DNA of 28,067 nucleotides, taken from positions 1 through 28,067 of IMG/VR virus record IMGVR_UViG_3300031519_000167. The stretch is one strand, 5' to 3'. This document shows, piece by piece, positions 16,778 to 26,700 of this stretch (position 1 is the stretch's first letter; each line of letters opens with the position of its first letter). The notes under the pieces were generated by a model. The model ran no database searches. It had not been told where the DNA came from and saw nothing but the letters and a program-made list of their open reading frames with translations. The translations under genes were made by a program, and so were the position numbers. This stretch comes from a virus. Lineage: Duplodnaviria; Caudoviricetes.

Positions 16778-16996
16778 ATGTTTGAAGCATTTGTGTTAGT
16801 TTGTCTGTGGGGAGTTCCTGAATCATCAGAAAGTTGCCAACAACTACAAGACCTAAGAGGTCCTTACCGTACAGAACAAGAGTGTAGGGAAAGAATAATA
16901 GGTATGACACTAGATATAAAAGAAAACTGGTCAGCAGTGTACCCTAAAGGCTATCGTTGCCATGAATTTATTACCACAAACAAACAATTCACGTGA
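16778..16996 (+). CDS. Small Cys-containing protein with hydrophobic N-terminus
   Basis: MFEAFVLVCLWG...C...GPY.TEQEC...GYRC; ATG 16778 preferred over GTG 16724. Confidence 0.65.
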   Translation: MFEAFVLVCLWGVPESSESCQQLQDLRGPYRTEQECRERIIGMTLDIKENWSAVYPKGYRCHEFITTNKQFT

Positions 16997-17363
16997 TATA
17001 TCCCCCCAACAAGAGAACTTCCTGACCAATCTGTTCGAGAATGGCGGAAATGTAACCGATGCGGCACTGACTGCAGGCTACTCTAAGGGCAGCGTAACGT
17101 GGTTAAAGACCAGTTTAGCTGATGAGATAATCACCCGCACAAAGAACGTACTGTCTATGCACGCTTTTAAGGCTGCTACACGGATAGTAAGCACAATAGA
17201 CAACCCAGTACCCGAAAGAGGAGACGACCTACGCTTCAGGGCTGCAGAATCGCTGTTAAACAGGGTAGGCTTGGGAAAACAGGAAACAACTAACGTAAAT
17301 GTACAGGCAGTGCATGGCATAGTTCTGTTGCCACCGAAGAAAGAGGTAATTATAGATGGCTAA
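16962..17363 (+). CDS. terS: Terminase small subunit
   Basis: SPQQENFL...NVTDAALTAGYS HTH, AAESLLNRVG and C-terminal IVLLPPK; upstream of terL. Confidence 0.8.
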   Translation: MNLLPQTNNSRDISPQQENFLTNLFENGGNVTDAALTAGYSKGSVTWLKTSLADEIITRTKNVLSMHAFKAATRIVSTIDNPVPERGDDLRFRAAESLLNRVGLGKQETTNVNVQAVHGIVLLPPKKEVIIDG

Positions 17364-17670
17364 AGAAAAACAAACCCCTAAAGCATTTAACAAAATGTAT
17401 GCAAACGACCCACAAGCAAAAAGATACCAGCAACCTAGACGGGTAGGTGTCATATTCAATAGTAAAGTAACGGGTCAAAAAGTAGTTGACAGTTACACAG
17501 GTAAAGACGTTAAAGCAAAAGCTAAAAACCTAGCCCCAATTCAAAAGTCCAATGAATCAACTCCATACTCCGATAAACAGTTGCACATAGAAGCTGAAAG
17601 ACAGTTGAAACTCTATAAGAACAAAGAAGGATACCCAACTTTCGCCTCCTATGGCAAAGAAGAAGCTTAA
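17356..17670 (+). CDS. Basic hypothetical protein
   Basis: GAGGT RBS; fills the gap between terS and terL. Confidence 0.65.
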   Translation: MAKEKQTPKAFNKMYANDPQAKRYQQPRRVGVIFNSKVTGQKVVDSYTGKDVKAKAKNLAPIQKSNESTPYSDKQLHIEAERQLKLYKNKEGYPTFASYGKEEA

Positions 17671-19356
17671 TTGACCGATGCACCAAAGAGAGGTCGCCCT
17701 AAGAAAGACCCTGATGCACCTAAAGCGTCTTATTTCCTGTCAACAGCAGAGAAAGCAAGACGACAGACACAAAAGAGATTACGTGACGCAAAGAAGCGTG
17801 CAGAGAAAGTAACCAAAGTAGCAGAGAGTAAGAGAAGATATGCTAGAAAACTTGAAGAAAAAGTTAACAACGTTGAGAAAGCTCTTAAGGGAGATGCAAC
17901 CACCATTATCGATACAGGCGAGTTGGCATCACTTCCTCCACCTGTCCAAGAGCTTGTGGGCAATCGTGAGATCGTGTTTCAACCGAATGAAGGACCTCAA
18001 GAGGAGTTTCTGTCGTCTAGTGAAAGAGATGTTCTCTATGGAGGTGCTGCTGGTGGGGGAAAATCTTTCGCCCTATTGGCAGATCCACTTCGCTACTGCA
18101 TTAATGGCAATCATAGGGGTCTTCTTCTCAGGCGTACTCTTGACGAACTTACTGAGTTAATAGACAAGTCACGACAACTCTACCCAAAGGCGTTTCCCGG
18201 AGCTAAGTTCAGGGAGTCAAAGTCAACGTGGCATTTCCCTTCGGGAGCAACGATTTGGTTTACCTACTTAGACAAAGACAAAGATGTGACCCGATTTCAA
18301 GGACAGGCTTTCAATTGGATAGGGATAGACGAGATAACACAATACCCGACACCTTACGTGTGGGACTACCTAAGATCAAGATTGAGAAGTACAGACCCCG
18401 AACTACAAAAAAGTTTGTATATGAGGTGTACTGCCAATCCGGGTGGAATAGGTGGATGGTGGATTAAGAAGATGTACATCGACATGGGGGAACACAACAA
18501 ACCGTTTCCTGCGTCAGATGTCGAAACGGGCAAACCGTTCTACTGGCCGCAAGGTCACGAAAAGGAAGGTCAACCATTGTTCTATCGCAGGTTTATTCCT
18601 GCACGACTAACGGACAATCCTTACCTTATGGCAGACGGGCAATACGAATCAATGCTTCGTTCTTTGCCAGAGATAGAACGGAAGAGATTATTAGACGGGG
18701 ATTGGGATGTAGCCGATGGCTGTGCCTTCCCAGAATTTGTGAGGGCTAAACATGTTGTGGAGAGTTTTGAGTTACCAACCAACTGGCCCCGAATACGGGC
18801 AGCTGACTATGGCTACTCGAGTCCTTCTTGTATTCTATGGGGTGCTATTGATTGGGATAATAACATTTGGATTTATCGGGAATTATACGTAAAACAGTTG
18901 ACAGCAGAGCAATTAGCTGATAGAATACTAGAAGCAGAGCAGCTAGACCCTTTACCACATTATACCGTACTCGATGCTTCTTGTTGGAACAAGACGGGGT
19001 TCGGTCCTTCCATAGCAGAAACAATGATGAGATGTGGAGTCCGTTGGACACCTTCTGATCGTAACAGAATACAAGGCAAGATGGAAATACATCGTAGGTT
19101 AGCTGATGACCCAAGAACAAATGAACCAAGACTACGAGTGTTTTCGACTTGTAGCAACACTGTCAAGCAGTTGGCAGCAATTCCTCTTTCCAAGACTAAT
19201 AGTGAAGACGTTGACACCAAAGCCGAAGATCACGCCTACGATGCGTTGAGGTACATGCTAATGACAAGGATGACAGGATATGCTTCGATTCATCAAACGC
19301 TTAATGGCATCAAGAGTCAAGTCTACCAAGTACAGAATGAAACATTTGGATATTAA
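17671..19356 (+). CDS. terL: Terminase large subunit
   Basis: Walker A GGAAGGGKS, Walker B IGIDE, TANPGG, nuclease AADYG and DHAYDALRY; TTG start. Confidence 0.95.
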   Translation: MTDAPKRGRPKKDPDAPKASYFLSTAEKARRQTQKRLRDAKKRAEKVTKVAESKRRYARKLEEKVNNVEKALKGDATTIIDTGELASLPPPVQELVGNREIVFQPNEGPQEEFLSSSERDVLYGGAAGGGKSFALLADPLRYCINGNHRGLLLRRTLDELTELIDKSRQLYPKAFPGAKFRESKSTWHFPSGATIWFTYLDKDKDVTRFQGQAFNWIGIDEITQYPTPYVWDYLRSRLRSTDPELQKSLYMRCTANPGGIGGWWIKKMYIDMGEHNKPFPASDVETGKPFYWPQGHEKEGQPLFYRRFIPARLTDNPYLMADGQYESMLRSLPEIERKRLLDGDWDVADGCAFPEFVRAKHVVESFELPTNWPRIRAADYGYSSPSCILWGAIDWDNNIWIYRELYVKQLTAEQLADRILEAEQLDPLPHYTVLDASCWNKTGFGPSIAETMMRCGVRWTPSDRNRIQGKMEIHRRLADDPRTNEPRLRVFSTCSNTVKQLAAIPLSKTNSEDVDTKAEDHAYDALRYMLMTRMTGYASIHQTLNGIKSQVYQVQNETFGY

Positions 19357-19359
19357 ATA

Positions 19360-21363
19360 ATGGCTGAAGAAATAAAATTAACTAAAGATATGACTATCGG
19401 TGAAGTGTTTAAACTTGTAGGCAGGGATCAAGTCGATAGGGTATCCGAAGCAGCAGATGGGACTAGAACAACAGTTAAAGTTCGTAACCCTACCTTAAAG
19501 AATTTAGAAAAAGCAGGACTTACTATGGATAGTCCTTTTGGTTCTTTGCAAAACGAGGACATTTTAAAAAAATTAGGGGAGGTAGCACCTGAATCTGCCT
19601 TTACAAATTTAACTTCTGTTCAAAAGGCTTTTAAAAACGCATGGAATCGTAAGGGGGAAGGTGCGTACCCATTTAAAGATGTCTTCGGTGCAGGGGGAAT
19701 AGCAAGAGACCCAGATTTAAAAATAGCTGCAGCAAACCAAGCTAGAAACACTAGAAAATTTAAAGCTGTTCCTGAAGCACAAATATCTTTAAAAAAGATA
19801 GTAGAGGGTATATCTAAAATAGAAGACACCAACACTCGCGCTGCAGTTAGCTTTCAGTCACTTGTGCCATTAAGACCGGGAGAAGTTCATAGTCTTACGG
19901 TAGACGACATAGATTTTGAAACTGGTAGGATATCAGAAGAGTTTAGAAGAGTACATAAGATAAGAAACCCAGTAGAGTTACCAGAAGTAGCCATGTCTAT
20001 TCTGAAAGCTCAAAGAGCAAAGGGAAACAATAAACTCTTTCTAACAAGTACAAGTAAAATGTCTGCCGCAGTAACAAAGCATATCTCTCCTCTATTTGTT
20101 GACTTTGAAAAAGCAATGGGAAGAAAGATAGCTGGGGCTGCTGACATAAGAAAGATTGTTCCTTCCATTATTGTATCAGAACTAGGATACAAAGAAGAAG
20201 CAAAAAAGATAATGGGACACGCATCTTATGATGACATTATTACAGACTTAAACGACATTCAAGGAAAGCATTACGTATCCAAAATAATGAATCAAGTGGG
20301 TAGCTCTCCTAAGATGGCTTTAACAGCTTTGCAAAATATGTATGCAGAGGTGCTAGGTTTAAACACAGTAAATGAATTAGGTGCTTCTTTAAAACTTAAT
20401 TTACCAGACCTAGAAGAGTTAGGGTCTATAAAAATTAACGTTGTTCCAAAAGGGAATGATATAGCAGGCAATGTTCGTATCGACTCAGAAGGAATGTCTG
20501 ACAGTGATTTAGAACTTATAAATGAACGTAAAACAGCGAGGGCAGCAGAACTTAAAGCTGCCACAGCAGAAGCTGAAGCAAAGACTATTGAGTCTGAAAT
20601 AAAAAAAGAAAAAGGTTGGGCAGAGTTAGCTGAAGAAAGAGAAAAGAACAAAGAGTCTAGAGTTATGGAAAAGCTAGACCAACAAGATTTTCAAAAAGCT
20701 AAACGATATGAAAGAGATGAAGAAAAAAGAACCGCAGATAAAGCCAATAATTTAAGTGAGCTAGAAAAAGAAAAGAAGTTGTTAAAAGAAAAGATGGGCA
20801 ACACAAGAATGTTTGGTAAATTCTTGGGTATAGGTGGTTTAGTGTACGGAGCTTCTTTTATAGGAGGTGACTACAATGCTGCACAATCCGCTAATCTACA
20901 AGCTTTAGAAGGTGATGATGATAGCTTTGAATCTCGTATGAGACGAGGAGCTAGTCAGGTAGTAGGACCTAACGTTGCGGCAGGGGCTGAAGCAGGAGTA
21001 AGATTTCTTGATCCGGGAATCCAAGCAGGTTTAGAACTTGGCCCTGAAGCTGTCAAAGAAACGTTTGGTGCTTCAACAGTAGCTGATGCAACCTTAAACA
21101 ATGACCCACTTGCACAGATTAAAACTGGTGATCAAATACGATCTGGTCAACAAGTTATGCAGGATAAAGCTGACGAACAACAATACAGAGGAGAAGTTTC
21201 TCCACAAGTTGATGATGAGTTAGCAATTCAAAAACAAATGAATTTAAAGAAACAAAGTGGAGATTTTGGCAACGAAGCCAAAAGAAAGAGCCAACTTACG
21301 TTGGATCAACAATTAGAAAGCCTATTACAACAAAGGGAAGGGGATAAGTATGCCCGACAATAA
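19360..21363 (+). CDS. Tyrosine-recombinase-domain protein with long coiled-coil and Gly/Ala-rich C-terminal extension
   Basis: PLRPGEVHSLTVDDIDF (R172), K..PV.LP, ADIRK (R264), IMGH (H287), KHY (Y305), then about 360 further residues. Confidence 0.75.
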   Translation: MAEEIKLTKDMTIGEVFKLVGRDQVDRVSEAADGTRTTVKVRNPTLKNLEKAGLTMDSPFGSLQNEDILKKLGEVAPESAFTNLTSVQKAFKNAWNRKGEGAYPFKDVFGAGGIARDPDLKIAAANQARNTRKFKAVPEAQISLKKIVEGISKIEDTNTRAAVSFQSLVPLRPGEVHSLTVDDIDFETGRISEEFRRVHKIRNPVELPEVAMSILKAQRAKGNNKLFLTSTSKMSAAVTKHISPLFVDFEKAMGRKIAGAADIRKIVPSIIVSELGYKEEAKKIMGHASYDDIITDLNDIQGKHYVSKIMNQVGSSPKMALTALQNMYAEVLGLNTVNELGASLKLNLPDLEELGSIKINVVPKGNDIAGNVRIDSEGMSDSDLELINERKTARAAELKAATAEAEAKTIESEIKKEKGWAELAEEREKNKESRVMEKLDQQDFQKAKRYERDEEKRTADKANNLSELEKEKKLLKEKMGNTRMFGKFLGIGGLVYGASFIGGDYNAAQSANLQALEGDDDSFESRMRRGASQVVGPNVAAGAEAGVRFLDPGIQAGLELGPEAVKETFGASTVADATLNNDPLAQIKTGDQIRSGQQVMQDKADEQQYRGEVSPQVDDELAIQKQMNLKKQSGDFGNEAKRKSQLTLDQQLESLLQQREGDKYARQ

Positions 21364-21571
21364 CTACAACTACGGACCTTCATACATAATGAACTCCGAT
21401 AAAACATCCTACAATGCACCAGACGCACCATTAACTCGTGAAGGTAAAGACTTCGATACATCTAATAGTCAGATAACTGAGTTAAACGCTATGACTCCAA
21501 AGAAACAGTCTAAGCCAACTGTTGAAGCTTCTTTATTTAAAATGGCTGACGACAAAAATTACTTTGGCTAG
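21350..21571 (+). CDS. Small hypothetical head-module protein
   Basis: 73 aa, AGGGA RBS, directly before the portal. Confidence 0.7.
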   Translation: MPDNNYNYGPSYIMNSDKTSYNAPDAPLTREGKDFDTSNSQITELNAMTPKKQSKPTVEASLFKMADDKNYFG

Positions 21572-21579
21572 GAGCTAAC

Positions 21580-23694
21580 ATGGCTGACAACTTTCTTCAA
21601 CCGCCTGACGAGACGATAGCCGATATACAAAACCCAGAAGAAAATCTTCCGGGAATATCTGGCTATGTACGAGATAAATTTGAAACTGCTGAAAATGGAA
21701 GACAAAGCCACGAACAGAGGTGGCTGTCTGCCTACAAAAATTTTAGGGGTATCTACGACACTAGCACACAGTATCGTTCTTCAGAAAAGTCTCAAGTTTT
21801 TGTACGAATTACAAAGACAAAAGTTCTTGCTTCTTTTGGGCAGATAACAGATATTTTATTTGCTAACAAGAACTTTCCAATAAGTGTTGAATCAACTCCT
21901 GTGCCAGAAGGCATAGCAGAATTTGCCCACCTTAAAACACCTTTAGATGAAGTAGCTGAACCTGATGCTGTTGACCCCTATGGTTTTGAAGGGGATGGCA
22001 GACAGGTTGAACCCGGAGCTATGGATTTTTTAGGTGGTCTTGATAAAAAGTATGAAGGTACTCCATTAGCAGAAGGTCCTGCTAAATTAGGAGAACCTCA
22101 AATTAGTCCTGCACAAGAAGCAGCATTAAGTATGGAGAAAGAAATACAAGATCAGCTACTTGATACTAACGCTGTAAATGTTTTAAGAACGTCTATCTTT
22201 GAACAAATACTGTTAGGTACAGGTATTATTAAAGGCCCTATGATGAAAAACAAAAGAGTTCATAGGTGGTCTAGAGGAGAAGAAGGAGAAAGAGTATATG
22301 ATCCGTATGACATGGTATGCCCAGAAATTGAAGCAGTATCGTGTTGGGATTTCTTTCCTGATCCATCCGCTATAAACGTAGAAGATGCTGAATACGTAAT
22401 ACAAAGACATCGTATGACAACACAGCAACTAAGAAACCTTACTAGTTACCCTTACTTTAACAGTGAAGTAATTGAAAATGTTATTGCTAAAGGCCCTAAC
22501 TACGAAGACAAATACTACGAAGACACTATACGTGAAGACGAGACTCAGCCTAACTATAACACAAATAGATTTGAGGTGTTAGAGTATTGGGGAGTAATGG
22601 ACAAAAACTTCATAATTTCTGCAGGTGGAGAAGTGGACAGTGATATGTCTGACCTACAGCAGTTACAAGTTAATGTGTGGATATGTGGCAACGAAGTTAT
22701 TCGCTTTGTCCTTAACCCTTTTACTCCTGCTAGAATACCCTTTCATGTATTTCCATACGAAATAAACCCTTATCAAATGTTTGGGGTAGGTGTTCCTGAG
22801 AACATGGAAGATGCACAGTTATTAATGAATGGTCATATGAGAATGGCTATTGATAACTTAGCACTTGCAGGTAACTTAGTCTTTGACGTAGATGAAGCTA
22901 GTTTAGTTCCCGGACAGAACATGGACATCTTTCCCGGTAAAATATTCCGAAGACAATCTGGTGTAAGTGGCACAGCAATCAATGGGCTTAAGTTCCCTAA
23001 CACTGCTCCTGAGAACATACAGATGTATCAAATCTCTAGGCAACTAGCGGATGAAGAAACAGGTATACCATCTATTATGCACGGACAAACAGGCGTTACT
23101 GGTACAGGTCGTACTGCAGCGGGGTTATCTATGCTAATGGGAGGTGCTAACTTAGCTATGAAAACAGTCATAAAGAATATAGATGACTATTTGTTAAAGC
23201 CTTTAGGTGAAGCGTACTTTCAATGGAACATGCAGTTCAATGAAAGGTCTCCAGATATTATAGGGGATTTACAAATTAAACCAAGAGGTACTTCTGCTGT
23301 AATGCAAAAAGAAGTAAGAAGCCAAAGATTGACTGCATTGTTACAGACTGTCAGTAACCCTATGCTTGCTCCTTTTGTTAAGATACCTAATCTTATAAGA
23401 GAACTGGCTATATCACAAGATATTGATCCAGACAGTCTTGTTAATGATGAAAACCAAGCAAAGATATTTGCAGAAATACTAAGAGGTTTAAATGAACAAC
23501 AACAACCACAAGCCCCTGACCAACCTCAAGCCCCTGCTGGACAACCCAGCGGCATGGCAGGCTCTGGAGGACTTCCTCAAGGACCAGCAGAAGGTGGTCT
23601 TCAGGGCGTTGACGGCGGCGATATCGGAGTCGGAGCTTCGCCAGTTGCAGGGGAAAGCGGCTTTACTGGAAACCCTATTGGCTCTCAACAGTAA
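21580..23694 (+). CDS. Portal protein
   Basis: 704 aa; LGTGIIK, WDFFPDP, FGVGV, PGKIF, RTAAGLSMLM and a Q/P/G-rich tail; sits between terL and scaffold. Confidence 0.9.
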   Translation: MADNFLQPPDETIADIQNPEENLPGISGYVRDKFETAENGRQSHEQRWLSAYKNFRGIYDTSTQYRSSEKSQVFVRITKTKVLASFGQITDILFANKNFPISVESTPVPEGIAEFAHLKTPLDEVAEPDAVDPYGFEGDGRQVEPGAMDFLGGLDKKYEGTPLAEGPAKLGEPQISPAQEAALSMEKEIQDQLLDTNAVNVLRTSIFEQILLGTGIIKGPMMKNKRVHRWSRGEEGERVYDPYDMVCPEIEAVSCWDFFPDPSAINVEDAEYVIQRHRMTTQQLRNLTSYPYFNSEVIENVIAKGPNYEDKYYEDTIREDETQPNYNTNRFEVLEYWGVMDKNFIISAGGEVDSDMSDLQQLQVNVWICGNEVIRFVLNPFTPARIPFHVFPYEINPYQMFGVGVPENMEDAQLLMNGHMRMAIDNLALAGNLVFDVDEASLVPGQNMDIFPGKIFRRQSGVSGTAINGLKFPNTAPENIQMYQISRQLADEETGIPSIMHGQTGVTGTGRTAAGLSMLMGGANLAMKTVIKNIDDYLLKPLGEAYFQWNMQFNERSPDIIGDLQIKPRGTSAVMQKEVRSQRLTALLQTVSNPMLAPFVKIPNLIRELAISQDIDPDSLVNDENQAKIFAEILRGLNEQQQPQAPDQPQAPAGQPSGMAGSGGLPQGPAEGGLQGVDGGDIGVGASPVAGESGFTGNPIGSQQ

Positions 23695-23710
23695 ATTTAA
23701 TAAGGAATAA
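23492..23710 (+). CDS. Small helical protein overlapping the portal 3' end
   Basis: LKPLLDNPAAW.ALEDFL...ELRQLQGKAALLETLL; GAGGT RBS at 23483; stops 8 nt before the next gene. Confidence 0.65.
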   Translation: MNNNNHKPLTNLKPLLDNPAAWQALEDFLKDQQKVVFRALTAAISESELRQLQGKAALLETLLALNSKFNKE

Positions 23711-23718
23711 AAACCCTA

Positions 23719-26700
23719 ATGCGAGTTTTACCACCAGAAGAAAAAGTCAACATAAATAAGTCTAATGATAACATAGAATTATTTGATGGTAGTAAAAAAA
23801 GAAGTGATGATTTCTATAATACACTACCACCTGATGCAAGGTTTGAATACTTCCCAGATGGAACTAGTGGTTTTGTAGATGGCAGGGGTAATAAATACAC
23901 ACCTCCACCATCCATAGACGACAGAAGTAGAAGTATATCTTCTAGTACGGATACTATTCAATATGATAGATTTAACTCCCCTACTTCAACTGGCACAGCA
24001 ACAAACAACGTATCAGACAATAACCAGATAACAGAGTCTTCGGCTACTAACGAATCAGGTTCAGACTTTCTTACTAACGTAGGTGGCGTTGGTGCTACAA
24101 CTTTTGATTATGATTTAAGTGACGCTGATTTACTAGAAGCTATTGAACTTAGGAAAGCTGCGTATGGGCAGGATACTGTTATTGAATCAGGTGGCACTGC
24201 TGTTAATAGTGAAGGTGTTGAAGAAAGAGGATTCCTAGAAAGAGTAGGGGATAGACTAGAAGAGATTTTTATAAGTGGCCCTGCTTCTGTTGTTACAAGA
24301 CCTAGCCCTGTATCTGGTAAAACAGTTGCTACTAAAGCTCCGGGTATTCAAGGTGTTATGGACTCAGCTACTGTGTTTACAGGGTTGCCATTTGGTCAAA
24401 TAATGAACAAGATGGGAGATAGACTTATAGATGCCCAAACAGTAGATACAAAAGCTGCTGCAGTTGGTATGACAGGTTATGGGGCAGTTCAAGTCCAAGA
24501 AAAATCAACAGGGCGTATTATAGATTTAACAACATCACCTGCTTTTGGAAAAGGTCTTGATCAAAGTGAAAATCGTACAACGTTTATGAACGCTTTAGGT
24601 ATAACAGATAATACGTCTGTAGGCACATACGCTGAGTCTGATGTTCAAGGTGCTGTTATATTTAATGGAAGAGAGTATCCAAATATAAATGCAGTAATAA
24701 GAGAGGTATCTCAAAAGGGTTACATATCTCCTTTTGCTATGGAAAAAAATATACCTGCAGGAGAAGATTATGATCGTAGTAGGGTAGTTGGTGCAGGAGA
24801 AAAACGGATTGGTCTTTACAATCAAGATAGTGGGGAAGTTGACTTAGGCTTTGGTAGACTGGGAGCAGTCACAGGTGTAGCTATTGATGGTCAAGGCAAT
24901 TTAAATTATAAAACAGATGGTAGTGGCTTTGTTATGGGCATGGGAGAAATGGTCAATACAAGCACTGGTATTGCATTTGGAGGTAATAGGGCTAACATTG
25001 CAGGAGCAAACAATTTAACAGCAACTCAAGCACAAGATTTATTAAACCAGATAAACAACGGGGATATAACATCCACTCCAAACACAACTAGCTATCTTAA
25101 TACTATTGCAGCTGATTTTAGAGATATAGGGGATGATTACACGAACTTAAATGTCCCTGTTAATCCTATATTTGGATCATACCCTATTCCAGAAATAGAT
25201 AGATTTCCAGAAGGTGACATGCCACAATATCAAGATATAGTTACAGAAGATGTTGACACTGATACTTACCAAATGCAAACATCAACACCTCTAAGTGAAC
25301 GTACTCCAGAAGAGTATTTTAATAGTATGCCTACGGGTGGATTTTTTACAAATGATGACAGCAATGACAACAATGGAAATTTTGATTCGGGGGATAACGC
25401 AGGATTTAGTGAAGATGATTCTTCAGATGCTTACAGTGATGGCTATGCCGATGGCGGAACAGTAGGGATGCAAGAAGGTGGCGTAGCTAATCAACAAGGC
25501 GTATCCCAGATTGTACAAGGAGCAGGGTTTATTTCACCCCAAGAAAATGCAAGTCCTGATGCAACGGTAGCCGATGACATACCCTTAGAAGCTGAAGAAG
25601 GTGACTTTATAATCAATGCACCTGCTGCCGAGTTTGCAGGAAGACAAGATATTGTTACTATGATTACCGATGCGATTAAAAGCCTTAGAGAAAAAGGTGT
25701 TGACATTCAGTACGGAAACCCTAAAATACCAGTAGAGAGAAGTGTAAAACTAGCTGTATCTAAAAATGAAGTATACATACCTAAACCAGTAGCCGAAGAA
25801 ATAGGCTACGACAAATTACAAAAAATAAATAAACGTGGACAAAAAGAAGTTCAACGTAGACAAGAAGAAGCACAGGGGCAGGCAGCTCGTGGTGGCTTTG
25901 TTAAAAAAGCAGATGGTGATATAGTCACAAAAGACGAAACTCTCAAAGAAGATAAGTCTAGTATGATGGGAACTGATGAAGGAAATTTCATACAGAATTT
26001 AGGTAGGGCAGTATATGACAACATAAAGAAAGACGTAATGGGCTTTATATCCCCTAAAGAAAAAGAAAAAAAAGAATTAGAACTTATAGATAAACCTAAA
26101 CGCAGACCTGAAGATTTAGATACCTCTAGTAACACACCTATTAAACAAAAACCTTTTGTTGTTACAGAGCAATACAAACCCCAAGATGAATTTCAAAAAG
26201 TTGCATACAATGCTTTAGACGCTATTGAAAAACCACCAACAGGTTACACTAAAAGAAAAGGGTACGTTCCTAGAAAAAACTCAGGAAACCCCTTTGAAAA
26301 AAGTGGCGTTACGGTAGGGTTAGGAATTGATTTAGCACAATTTTCTCCTTTAGAATTTAAAGGTATGAAATTAAGTCCAGAACTTTATGCGGCAATAAAA
26401 CCCTATACTTTAAATGGGCATCTATTAAATGACCAAAATGGTAGAGCCACTAACGCAAAACAAGTAAGGGGTGTAGGTGCAACTAAATTGCCAGAATTAA
26501 ATCTTACGGATGAACAAGTTTCTGAGTTAAATTCTAAAGTTTATAATTTTAAAAAGAACAAATTTAATAAAATACATGGAAAAGATTACGAAGGATTTAA
26601 TAATACAGAGGATAAGGTATCGGCTTTTGCTATGGATTGGGGGGGAGCATTTAAAAACCCTGTTACTTTTAAAAGAATACTTAATCAAAAAGCAAGCACA

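Noticed and set aside
19360-21363. Calling this gene a standard integrase or protelomerase
   Set aside because: I found no att or dif-like site and no long palindromic tel site; the HxxR His is replaced and the architecture is atypical.
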